Origin: Nitratidesulfovibrio vulgaris str. Hildenborough
GTDB lineage: Bacteria > Desulfobacterota > Desulfovibrionia > Desulfovibrionales > Desulfovibrionaceae
Assembly (NCBI RefSeq): GCF_000195755.1
Contig: NC_002937.3
Span: 1,890,001-1,922,000 of the forward strand
DNA: 32,000 bases
Direction of reading: 5' to 3'
Under the pieces are notes generated by a model. The model did no database searches, was not told the DNA's origin, and saw only the letters and a program-made list of their open reading frames with translations. Numbering within the stretch: the stretch's first letter is position 1; every line of letters begins with the position of its first letter. This document shows, in pieces, positions 1-8,485 of this stretch. Position numbers and translations under genes: made by a program.

Positions 1-279
1 GAAGCGGCAGCCCAGGTGCAGGGCAAGCGTTCCGCCCATGGAAAGACCGACGACCACAACGCGCCCAGCGCGTGCCTCAAGGTCCCGGTAGCACTCGTCG
101 GCATGGCGCGCCCAGTCGTCGAAACAGGTGGCCTCGAAATCTTCAAGTGTCGCATCATGCCCGGGCAGGGTGATGACGTGTGCCTCGACCCCGGCCTCGG
201 ACAACGCAACGGCCAGCGGTTCCATCTCGAACGGCGCCCCGCCGAAACCGTGAATGAGCAGACATGCCCCTCCGGTCAT
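1..279 (-). CDS. alpha/beta-fold hydrolase (carboxylesterase/lysophospholipase-like); N-terminal 93 codons only, gene runs off the left edge
   Basis: Own minus-strand translation from ATG at 279, preceded by GGAGGAACA: MTGGACLLIHGFGGAPFEM...RVVVVGLSMGGTLALHLGCRF. It has an HGFGG oxyanion-type motif and a GLSMGG nucleophile elbow (G-x-S-x-G). The frame is open to position 1, so it is absent from the closed-ORF track. Confidence 0.7.
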   Translation of the reverse strand, partial: MTGGACLLIHGFGGAPFEMEPLAVALSEAGVEAHVITLPGHDATLEDFEATCFDDWARHADECYRDLEARAGRVVVVGLSMGGTLALHLGCRF

Positions 280-328
280 TGTTCCTCCAGTGCCCCCGAC
301 CTCGCCCATGACCGACCTCCGGCTCCTG

Positions 329-358
329 TTGCAGGTTCATCCTGTTTTCCGGTAGCAT
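329..358 (+). promoter_or_regulatory. candidate sigma70-type promoter for the amidohydrolase gene
   Basis: TTGCAG (329-334), 18-nt spacer, TAGCAT (353-358), in the divergent intergenic region 280-461. Motif match only. Confidence 0.25.
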
Positions 359-461
359 ACACCTAGCGCCCCTCTCGGGGAAAGAGCCTGCCGCCCCGGA
401 CCGCCGGAGTTCAAAGGCCCACTTCGCGCCTCACCGAAACCACGCCACGGAGCGACAGAAC

Positions 462-1790
462 ATGCCCCTTCCCTGTGACACTATCCTGCAAGCTGCCCTC
501 ATTGTCACCCAGGACGACGCCCGCACGGTCATCGAAGACGGTGCCATAGCCATACACGAAGGACGGATTGCAGCCGTCGGGCAACGTGATGCGATCGTCG
601 GCAACTGGCATGGCGTAACCGTCATCGACATGGGTGAGAGCCTCATCATGCCCGGTCTCGTCAATGCGCATACGCATGCGTCCATGACACTTCTGCGCGG
701 CCTTGCCGACGACCTTCCCCTCATGGACTGGCTCACGGGCCATATCTTTCCCGTGGAAAAAGGGCTGACAGGGGAACTGGTCGAACTGGGAGCCTTGCTA
801 GGCTGTGCGGAGATGCTGCGGACGGGAACGACGGCCTTCAGCGACATGTACCTCATCGAAGACGCCACGCTGCGTGCGGTCGACCGCGCCGGACTGCGCT
901 GCCTCGCCGGTGAAGCCATCTTCGCCTTCCCCTCGCCCGCCTACGCAGACCCGGAGACGGCCTTCGACCTCGTCCGCGCCCAGCACGACCGCTGGAAGCA
1001 CCATGCCCGCGCGGCGTTGGCTGTGGCCCCTCACGCAGTATACACCAGCACACCTGCGATACTCGCCCGCTGCCGCGACCTCGCCGAAGAGCTTGGCCTG
1101 CCGATACACCTGCACCTTGCGGAAACCGCCACCGAGACGGCGCAATGCATCGAACAGCACGGGGCACGCCCCGTGCCCTATTGCGACGGACTGGGGTTGC
1201 TCACGCCCCGCACGACACTGGCCCATTGCGTCGACCTCACCGAAGGGGAGATTGACCTGCTGGCAGAACGCGGTGTCACCGTGGCGCACTGCCCTGAGAG
1301 CAACATGAAGCTCGCCTCCGGCATCGCACCGGCCACGGCCATGCTTGGGCGGGGCATGACGCTTGGACTTGGGACCGACGGGGCAGCCAGCAACAACAGC
1401 CTGAACATGTTCACCGAAATGACCTCATGCGCGTTGCTGCACAAAGTGCATCACATGGACCCCACCTGCGCTCCCGCCTCCGCCGTCCTTGACATGGCCA
1501 CACGTGGCGGGGCACATGCCCTGCACATGCAGGGAATAGGACGCATCGAAGCCGGGTGCCCAGCCGACATCATAGCCCTCGACCTGCGCGCCCCCAACAT
1601 GCAGCCCATCTTCAACCCGGCATCGCACCTCGTCTACGCGGCGACGGGCCACGAGACCCGACTGACCATGGTCGGCGGGGAGGTGCTCTACCTCGATGGA
1701 TGCTACACCCGCTTCGACATGGACGACCTGCTGAAGGAAGTGCGCAAGGCCCGCACATGGGCCATGGAACAGGTACGCGCTGCGCGGTAG
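462..1790 (+). CDS. mtaD: amidohydrolase, 5-methylthioadenosine/S-adenosylhomocysteine deaminase-like (MtaD/TrzA family)
   Basis: 442-aa ORF with the metal-binding HxH motif (VNAHTHASMT), HLHLAET, LAHCV and GTDGAASNN motifs typical of MtaD/guanine-deaminase-type amidohydrolases. GGAG lies 10 nt upstream of the ATG. Confidence 0.85.
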   Translation: MPLPCDTILQAALIVTQDDARTVIEDGAIAIHEGRIAAVGQRDAIVGNWHGVTVIDMGESLIMPGLVNAHTHASMTLLRGLADDLPLMDWLTGHIFPVEKGLTGELVELGALLGCAEMLRTGTTAFSDMYLIEDATLRAVDRAGLRCLAGEAIFAFPSPAYADPETAFDLVRAQHDRWKHHARAALAVAPHAVYTSTPAILARCRDLAEELGLPIHLHLAETATETAQCIEQHGARPVPYCDGLGLLTPRTTLAHCVDLTEGEIDLLAERGVTVAHCPESNMKLASGIAPATAMLGRGMTLGLGTDGAASNNSLNMFTEMTSCALLHKVHHMDPTCAPASAVLDMATRGGAHALHMQGIGRIEAGCPADIIALDLRAPNMQPIFNPASHLVYAATGHETRLTMVGGEVLYLDGCYTRFDMDDLLKEVRKARTWAMEQVRAAR

Positions 1791-1844
1791 CCCCTGAAAC
1801 CGGGCCCGCCAGAACGACAGTCGGACGAAAACCGTACTTTCCCG

Positions 1845-1871
1845 TTGACAAGTGCGGCAATCTGTATAATT
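1845..1871 (+). promoter_or_regulatory. near-consensus sigma70 promoter (TTGACA ... TGtATAATT) driving the small Cys-rich gene
   Basis: TTGACA at 1845-1850 and TATAAT at 1865-1870. The spacer is 14 nt, or 15 nt if read as an extended -10 TG-T-ATAATT. This AT-rich consensus stands out in GC-rich DNA about 60 nt upstream of the 1930 start. Confidence 0.5.
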
Positions 1872-1929
1872 GAGACCTGCTTTCTGACAACACACACGCG
1901 CCCTGCGCGCGAGATGGAGGAACATCACA

Positions 1930-2202
1930 ATGAGCGCCAACAACGTCCTTGAAGGTGCCGTGAAGACGGCCGAAGGCGTAATGCTTAACGGTTTCGTCCT
2001 CCAGCCCATCGTCGACAAGTGCGAGGGCTGTGAACGCATCCGTACCTTCGAAGAGCAGAGCTTCTGCTCCAGCTACCCCGCCCCCGAACGCAAGTGGGCC
2101 GGTGGTCGCTGCAATTTCGCCACCCACGTCAAGGCCGCTGCTGCCGCTGCTGCCAAGGTCAACCCCCTCAAGGCCTCCAAGCGCGCCGCGAAGGGCCGTT
2201 AG
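1930..2202 (+). CDS. small cysteine-rich protein, PxxKW family (function unknown)
   Basis: 90-aa ORF with a strong GGAGGAA RBS 7 nt upstream. Cys pattern is C-x2-C-x11-C-x14-C, with P-E-R-K-W between the third and fourth Cys, and a Lys/Ala-rich tail. It is flanked by its own promoter and terminator. Confidence 0.8.
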   Translation: MSANNVLEGAVKTAEGVMLNGFVLQPIVDKCEGCERIRTFEEQSFCSSYPAPERKWAGGRCNFATHVKAAAAAAAKVNPLKASKRAAKGR

Positions 2203-2217
2203 TCTTTCGCCCCCGCA

Positions 2218-2254
2218 GGGAAAGGGTACCTTGCGTACCCTTTCCCTTTTTCTT
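2218..2254 (+). terminator. rho-independent terminator
   Basis: Perfect 12-bp stem GGGAAAGGGTAC / GTACCCTTTCCC (2218-2229, 2235-2246) with a 5-nt loop, followed by TTTTTCTT. Confidence 0.85.
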
Positions 2255-2329
2255 CCTCCGGCGAGCCGGTAGGTCTTCCGCCCGCAGCCGCGACAATGAC
2301 GGCGGCAGCAAGGCCGCCGGGAGCTTGCC

Positions 2330-3553
2330 ATGTCTTCACAACTCCTCTCCCGCCTCGACAACCTGCGTGACAGGGTCATCGAACTCCAGCGCAACATGAC
2401 GGCCCTGCCCGCCCTCGGCCCCGAAAGCGGCGGCGAAGGCGAACGCGCCAAGGCCGACTATCTTCTTTCCGTCCTGCGTGACATGGGAATGCCCCTCATC
2501 GAGGAGATAGACGCCCCCGACCCGCGTGTCCCCTGCGGTCACAGGCCGAACATCGCGGCACGCATACCCGGCCGTACGGGGCGCACCCTGTGGGTCATAG
2601 GCCATATGGATGTCGTGCCCCCCGGCGAGGCGGCCCTGTGGGATACCGACCCGTGGCAACTCAAGGTCGATGGCGACATCATCTTCGGGCGCGGCGTCGA
2701 GGACAACCAGCAAGGCATCGTCACCGGCCTGCTGGTGGCACAGGAACTTCTTGCCTCCGGCACGGTGCCCGACATGGGTTTCGGCCTTCTCCTCGTCGCC
2801 GATGAGGAGACTGGCAACAACTACGGCATGGCGCATGTCGCCACGGCCCGCCCCGACCTTTTCGGCGACGACGACCTTGTCATCGTGCCCGACTTCGGCA
2901 CCGAAGACGGCGCGATGATCGAAATCGCGGAAAAGAGCATGCTCTGGCTCAAAGTGCAGGTTGCAGGCAAACAGTGCCATGCGTCCACACCCGACGAGGG
3001 CATCAACTCGCTGGTTGCCGCCTCTGCCATGATACTGCGCGTGCATGAGCTTGACGCGCGTTTCGATGCGGTAGACCCGCTTTTCAACCCGCCCGCCTCC
3101 ACCTTCGTCCCCACGAAGAAGGAAGCCAACGTGCCCAACGTCAACACGGTCCCCGGTAACGATGTGTTCTACATCGACTGCCGTGTCCTGCCCTGCTACC
3201 TACTCACCGATGTGCGGCAGGCCGTACGGGAAATCGCCGACGATATCGAACGGGCCTACGGTGTCACCGTGACTCTCTCCGATGTACAGGCCGAACAGGC
3301 CGCGCCCGCGACCTCCTCCGACAGCGACGTCGTGCATCGCCTGACCCGTGCCATCCGTGCCGAATACGGCGTGGAAGCCCGCCCCATGGGCGTGGGCGGA
3401 GGCACAGTGGGCGCCATCCTGCGCAAGCGGGGACTCCCTGTGGCCGTATGGTCGACGCTCGTACCCAATCCTCACACTCCCAACGAGGCTTCACGCATCT
3501 CGCGCACCATCGGTGACGCCAAGGTCGTCGCCCGTATGCTCTTCGACGCCTGA
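2330..3553 (+). CDS. M20 family metallohydrolase (ArgE/DapE-like deacylase/peptidase)
   Basis: 407-aa ORF with HMDVVP, ADEETG and GGGT motifs characteristic of the M20/M25/M40 family. Its stop lies 2 nt before the mnmG ATG (TGACCATG). Confidence 0.85.
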   Translation: MSSQLLSRLDNLRDRVIELQRNMTALPALGPESGGEGERAKADYLLSVLRDMGMPLIEEIDAPDPRVPCGHRPNIAARIPGRTGRTLWVIGHMDVVPPGEAALWDTDPWQLKVDGDIIFGRGVEDNQQGIVTGLLVAQELLASGTVPDMGFGLLLVADEETGNNYGMAHVATARPDLFGDDDLVIVPDFGTEDGAMIEIAEKSMLWLKVQVAGKQCHASTPDEGINSLVAASAMILRVHELDARFDAVDPLFNPPASTFVPTKKEANVPNVNTVPGNDVFYIDCRVLPCYLLTDVRQAVREIADDIERAYGVTVTLSDVQAEQAAPATSSDSDVVHRLTRAIRAEYGVEARPMGVGGGTVGAILRKRGLPVAVWSTLVPNPHTPNEASRISRTIGDAKVVARMLFDA

Positions 3554-3555
3554 CC

Positions 3556-5445
3556 ATGAGCACCATCCGTAAACCATCGCCTCCCGACATGTACGACTGC
3601 ATCGTCGTCGGTGCCGGGCACGCCGGGTGCGAGGCAGCAATGGCCCTTGCCCGCATGGGCCATGCCACCCTGCTGCTCACCGGCAATGCCGATCGCATCG
3701 GACATCTCTCGTGCAACCCCGCCATCGGCGGGCTTGCCAAGGGCCACATGGTCAAGGAGATCGACGCCCTCGGGGGCATGATGGGCCTGTGGGCCGACGA
3801 AGCCGGCATCCAGTTTCGCACGCTCAACAGCAGCAAGGGGCCAGCAGTCCGTGCCACACGCGCACAGATAGACCGCGACGCCTACCTGCGCGTCGTACGC
3901 CGTGACATCTTCGCACAGCCGAATCTGCGGGTGTGGCAGGACATGGCGGAGTCCATCATCGTCGAAGAGGGCAGGGCCGCTGGCGTACGTACAGCCTATG
4001 GGCAGGAGTTCAGGGCACACCATGTGCTGCTGACAACGGGTACGTTCCTGCAGGGACGCATCCATGTGGGACTGAGCAACTTTCCCGGCGGTCGCCTTGG
4101 CGACGCCCCCGCCACGGGGCTTTCAGCGTCGCTGCGGGCTATCGGCCTCGAACTCGGCAGGCTCAAGACGGGCACCACGCCGCGACTCCTTCGCGACAGC
4201 ATCGACTTCTCGATGATGGAGGTACAGCCTCCCGACGACCCGCCACGGCCGTTCAGCTTCAGGGGCCCCGGCGTCCGTCTGCCCCAGTTGCCATGCCATG
4301 TGACGTGGACCAACGAACGGACGCATGAGGCCATTCGCGCCGGATTCGACAGGTCGCCCATGTTCACTGGTGTCATCAAGGGCACCGGGGCGCGCTATTG
4401 CCCCTCCATCGAGGACAAGGTGGCGCGATTCCCTGAAAAGGAACGGCATCAGGTCTTCGTGGAACCGGAAGGTCTCGAAAGCCCTGAATGCTACCCGAAC
4501 GGCATCCCGACAAGCCTTCCGCTGGAAGTGCAGAAGGCGATGATCGCCACCATTCCCGGCCTTGAGAATGCACAGATCGTACGCCCCGGCTATGCCATCG
4601 AATACGACTACGCCGACCCGGTGCAGTTGCGTTCCACGCTTGAGACCAAAGCCCTTCGCGGACTCTGGCTCGCAGGGCAGATCAATGGCACATCGGGGTA
4701 CGAAGAGGCGGCGGCACAGGGACTCTGGGCAGCGCTTAACGTATCGTGCACCCTGCGTTCGATGCCTCCCTTCCTCCCCGGACGAGATACGGCCTACATG
4801 GCTGTTCTCGTCGACGACCTCGTCACCAAGGGCACCAGAGAGCCGTATCGCATGTTCACCTCGCGGGCGGAGCACAGGCTGCTGCTGCGCGAGAACAACG
4901 CCGACGCGCGCCTCACCGAAACCGGTCGCGCACTCGGGCTTGTCGACGATACCCACTGGCAGCTGTTCTCGACCAAGCGTGCCGCCCTGCACAGCTTGCT
5001 GGACGAACTGGAGAACCGGCGTATCACCCCCGATGCCGCCGCCCGCGACATCTTCTCGCGCCTCGGTGAACCCGCCCCCACCAAGGGTGTGAGTCTTGCC
5101 GACATCCTGCGCAGACCCTCGCTGACGCTCCCCGACCTCGCCCCCTTCTGGGAGGGCGTCACCCGGTTTGCCGACGACGTACGAGAAGAGGCCGAGACCA
5201 TCGTCAAGTATTCAGGCTACCTCGCCCGTCAGCAGGAACTCGTCGCGCGCTCTGCACGCATGGAGGATACGGTACTGCCTGAAGACATGGACTACACCGT
5301 CATTCCCGGTCTCACCCGTGAGATAGTCGAGAAGCTGGGCAAGGTTCGCCCCCATACTCTGGGACAGGCTGCCCGTATATCCGGCGTCACGCCAGCGGCA
5401 CTCACCTGTCTGGAGATACAACTACGCAAGATGGGACAACGCTAG
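3556..5445 (+). CDS. mnmG: tRNA uridine 5-carboxymethylaminomethyl modification enzyme MnmG (GidA)
   Basis: 629-aa ORF with the N-terminal FAD motif [16 protein letters not shown], then LSCNPAIGG and [12 protein letters not shown]. Full-length match to the MnmG architecture. Confidence 0.97.
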   Translation: MSTIRKPSPPDMYDCIVVGAGHAGCEAAMALARMGHATLLLTGNADRIGHLSCNPAIGGLAKGHMVKEIDALGGMMGLWADEAGIQFRTLNSSKGPAVRATRAQIDRDAYLRVVRRDIFAQPNLRVWQDMAESIIVEEGRAAGVRTAYGQEFRAHHVLLTTGTFLQGRIHVGLSNFPGGRLGDAPATGLSASLRAIGLELGRLKTGTTPRLLRDSIDFSMMEVQPPDDPPRPFSFRGPGVRLPQLPCHVTWTNERTHEAIRAGFDRSPMFTGVIKGTGARYCPSIEDKVARFPEKERHQVFVEPEGLESPECYPNGIPTSLPLEVQKAMIATIPGLENAQIVRPGYAIEYDYADPVQLRSTLETKALRGLWLAGQINGTSGYEEAAAQGLWAALNVSCTLRSMPPFLPGRDTAYMAVLVDDLVTKGTREPYRMFTSRAEHRLLLRENNADARLTETGRALGLVDDTHWQLFSTKRAALHSLLDELENRRITPDAAARDIFSRLGEPAPTKGVSLADILRRPSLTLPDLAPFWEGVTRFADDVREEAETIVKYSGYLARQQELVARSARMEDTVLPEDMDYTVIPGLTREIVEKLGKVRPHTLGQAARISGVTPAALTCLEIQLRKMGQR

Positions 5446-5466
5446 CCACTCTACACGAGGTGTGAA

Positions 5467-5508
5467 AGCGACGACCGGGCACCATTGCCACGGTCGTCGC
5501 TTCTTTCC
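5467..5508 (+). terminator. rho-independent terminator after mnmG
   Basis: 11-bp stem AGCGACGACCG / CGGTCGTCGCT (5467-5477, 5491-5501) with a 13-nt loop, followed by a T-rich TCTTTCC. Confidence 0.65.
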
Positions 5509-5607
5509 TGTCCTGCGTGCATACACTGCGAACAAGCACGGCAGATGTGCTTGCGTCCGCCAGCTTTCGGCATCCGCACTGCCCCCGTCTTTCGACAGAC
5601 AATCACG

Positions 5608-5636
5608 TTGCAACGCCGGTGGATAGTCCTTATCGT
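5608..5636 (+). promoter_or_regulatory. candidate sigma70-type promoter for the PilZ gene
   Basis: TTGCAA (5608-5613), 17-nt spacer, TATCGT (5631-5636). Motif match only. Confidence 0.3.
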
Positions 5637-5705
5637 ATCAATCTGGTCTCTTCACGAATAGCCAGCCCGACACTGCCCGGCACTACAACCACCCATCGAG
5701 GGGGC

Positions 5706-6770
5706 ATGTACCAACCTCTGTTCTCTGCCATCGACAGCACCTCAACGGGACGAGGTTTCCTGTATGAGGTGTCGCGAAGCTTTGTAGAGCGTAGCGTCGA
5801 TCTCAGCACCGTTTCCGGCGTCGCCACCGCAACCGGCGCCATTCTGGGAACGCTTCTGCTCATCTACCTCGTCCGGCGCCATTTCGAGTCGCGACACAAA
5901 CCTGTGGCCATCGATATGGTCGCAGGAGATGACAGTATACGCCACATCCTCGAGAGAACGGTCACCGAACGCTCGCGCTACGAGTTGCAGTTCACCTCCG
6001 CCGACGGAAAACGACGGGCCACGGCACTGTGCACATGTGTACACATCGATGATGCGAATCTCACCCTTGAATGCTCAAGCGTGGCCCCGCCGCGGACTTC
6101 GTGGGCCGGACGCAGGGTAGACCTGCTCTTCCGACTTCAGGAGGGGGCTTGTGAAGTGTTCTACGGCTTCCACACCACCATCAGCGGAACATCCCTCAAT
6201 GACGAAGGGATAGTCCTCGTTCATGTCTCCCTTCCCCCCATGCTCGAACGCAAGCAGAAACGAGCGTTCCTCCGTCTCACCCCTCCCCCCCATCTCATAC
6301 GGGGAATAGACATGTGGGAGTTGCCACCCGGGGTATCAGACAAGGGAGAGTGGTCGCCGCACAGACTCCCTCCGCCCATGGCGACAGCGTCACCGGACGG
6401 GGGAGACGCCCTGAACCTGATCAACATCTCCGGCGGGGGGCTACGTCTTCAGATAAGCCGCGACATCACGAAGAAAGGTGGACTGCGCTACGATGCGGAC
6501 CTGCGGCTGCTGCTGCGACTTGCGCTGTACGACCCAGACGAGGGACGGGTTCTCTATTACTGGCTCAAGTGCTCGCACCGCAACCATTTCACCGAGACGG
6601 AGACGCAACACACCGAAACGGGTCTGCAGTACAGGGAATGGGGAGTGACCACCGCCCCGATGGCAAGCGTCACGTGGACGCCAGCCCGCCCTGATGGCGA
6701 GGTCGAACCGTTGACCCGCTGGGCGCTCAGGCGCCATCTCGAGCTTTACAGGTCCATTTGCGTATCGTAA
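5706..6770 (+). CDS. membrane-anchored PilZ-domain protein (YcgR-like PilZN + PilZ), predicted c-di-GMP receptor
   Basis: Start reassigned to ATG 5706 (GAGGGGG RBS) within ORF 5517-6770. It has a hydrophobic helix (VATATGAILGTLLLIYLV), an RxxxR motif (RKQKR, nt 6249-6263) and a D/NxSxxG motif (NISGGG, nt 6423-6440). Confidence 0.75.
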   Translation: MYQPLFSAIDSTSTGRGFLYEVSRSFVERSVDLSTVSGVATATGAILGTLLLIYLVRRHFESRHKPVAIDMVAGDDSIRHILERTVTERSRYELQFTSADGKRRATALCTCVHIDDANLTLECSSVAPPRTSWAGRRVDLLFRLQEGACEVFYGFHTTISGTSLNDEGIVLVHVSLPPMLERKQKRAFLRLTPPPHLIRGIDMWELPPGVSDKGEWSPHRLPPPMATASPDGGDALNLINISGGGLRLQISRDITKKGGLRYDADLRLLLRLALYDPDEGRVLYYWLKCSHRNHFTETETQHTETGLQYREWGVTTAPMASVTWTPARPDGEVEPLTRWALRRHLELYRSICVS

Positions 6771-6864
6771 TGTCTCCTTTTCTGTCGTACGATCGGCATT
6801 CAGACCGTCGGCGCACCCGCCCTGCAACCGGCGGCCCAACACCCCCCAGCAAGGAGACCCCATC

Positions 6865-7691
6865 TTGGACGGAGGCCCGGACAGTACCAGTTCCATCTGG
6901 TCCAGACTCACACGCCTTTTTCAGAACCGTAACGGCGACACCGTCGAAAAGGCCATCATGGAGGCCCGGGAAGACGGCGAACTCGAAGCCGAAGAAGGTT
7001 CAATGCTTTTGAGCATCCTGCGACTTGATGAACTTCAGGTTCAGGACATCATGACGCCCCGTACCGATATGGACTGCGCAGAAAGCGGCACTCCCCTGTG
7101 GAGGTTGCCGGGCTCATCATCAGTTCGGGGCATTCGCGTATTCCCATCTATCAGGAAACACGTGACAACATCGTTGGCATTGCCTATGCCAAAGACCTGC
7201 TGCCCTATCTGCTCGACCCCGCAAAGCACCAGTCGCCCATCGACACTCTGATGCGTCCGCCCTTCTTCGTTCCCGAAACGAAGATCGCCAGCGACCTGCT
7301 TCAAGAGTTCCGCACCCGCAAGACCCACCTCGCCATAGCCCTCGACGAATACGGCGGCACTTCGGGGCTTGCGACGATCGAGAACATCCTCGAAGAGATC
7401 GTGGGAGACATCGAAGACGAACACGACGCGCCCCGCGAAGACGACATCCGGGTACTCGACAGCGAGCGCTACATGCTGTCAGGAAGAGCGCTACTTGAAG
7501 ACCTCGAAGAACTCGGCATCATCCTCAACTCCGACGAAGTCGACACCATCGGTGGTTACCTCAGTCAACTGGCGGGACATGTTCCGCAACAGGGCGAGAG
7601 CTTCACCCTTGCAGGAAGGATGTTCACTGTCATGGAAGCAGACGCCAAGCAGATTCGAACCATCCGCGTGGAACCCGAACCCGACGCCTGA
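6865..7691 (+). pseudogene. corC: corC-type Mg/Co efflux accessory protein (CBS pair + CorC_HlyC domain), interrupted by a frameshift near 7091-7100
   Basis: ORF 6865-7251 (TTG start, AAGGAG RBS at 6851-6856) encodes the CorC N-terminus up to ...IMTPRTDMDCAESGTPL. ORF 7098-7691, in another frame, continues EVAGLIISSGHSRIPIYQETRDNIVGIAYAKDLL... through the CorC_HlyC domain. Together they align colinearly with E. coli CorC, and restoring one base after the CCCC run (7093-7096) fuses them. Confidence 0.75.
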
Positions 7692-8420
7692 GCCGACCTT
7701 TCGTCCTAGGGCCCATCAGGCATGGCCTATGGCTGGCATAGCCTTTACCTACGTTTGTGAAGCGTGGGTCTGGCGTAGTACAGTCTCTTCAGCAAACGGA
7801 TGCCACATGTGCGTGGCACTCGAAGCTGCACCTTTTCCGGTACCCTTCTGCATTGAGGGGCTTACCACCTTGAAAGGGACTGGAATAGCCCTGCACAGAA
7901 CCGAAGCAACAGTAGAGACCGAGAGGAAGAAGTCCGAATAGCGACAGGTGAAGTGAAGGAACTCCTGCCCAGAAAGATTCGAGCTCGCATCATTCTCCTG
8001 TCGGCAAGCTTGCCTCACACTGTGAAAACAACGCGACTCTCATCTTGAACCTGAACAGGCAAACCATTCACACTGGATCAAGTGGCTTATGCCTTTCAGA
8101 TAGCACGCAAAGCGATGGCGAGCTCATTTTCGAAGGGCTTCCATGAAGCGTATTGATGTGGTGAGACCACTATTCTTCGACGATCCATTCATCAGCCCCG
8201 GTCGCAGCCTTCGCATAATTCATCCTTCAGCTCACACCTCTTCGCTTAACAACATCTTGCGGCGATTCTCTTGCCAAAAAAACCTGAGTCTTGCAGTTCA
8301 ACATGACGTGAACCATGACTCCGGCGGGATGGTATTCGCCCATAGTTTGATAATGGCGGCCCCATACCAGTTTTCGCTGCACGCCATAACGATATTCTCG
8401 CCCCCCCTGTGTCATGGGAA
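7692..8420. other. low-GC (~45-50%) non-coding island with no credible intact ORF; possible decayed integrase remnant on the minus strand (~8040-8300)
   Basis: Hand counts give about 47% GC (for example 8221-8280), against a neighbouring window that looks well over 60% by eye. All six frames are broken by stops. Minus-strand fragments resemble the order of tyrosine-recombinase motifs (see findings). Confidence 0.4.
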
Positions 8421-8466
8421 GCTGAATACGAAAAGGCGGTCTTTCGACCGCCTTCTCGTATTCAGC
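8421..8466 (-). terminator. long hairpin / terminator downstream of the PEP-synthase-like gene
   Basis: 21-bp inverted repeat with one mismatch (GCTGAATACGAAAAGGCGGTC / GACCGCCTTCTCGTATTCAGC) and a 4-nt loop, 20 nt past the stop at 8486. There is no clean U-tract after the stem on the minus strand. Confidence 0.6.
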
Positions 8467-8485
8467 AATTGTGCAGAGAGTGAAC

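Noticed and set aside
2131-2151. GCC/GCT trinucleotide repeat (gccgctgctgccgctgctgcc) as a possible microsatellite.
   Set aside because: It simply encodes the in-frame poly-Ala (AAAAAAA) tract of the PxxKW protein tail. It is too short to count as a repeat element.
7814-7830. Sigma-54-like element TGGCAC-N5-GCTGCA in the low-GC island.
   Set aside because: The GG-to-GC spacing is wrong: GC falls at N8 or N11, not the strict N10. No plus-strand gene lies downstream. A similar near-miss occurs at TGGCAGGACCAGATGC, about 28211-28226.
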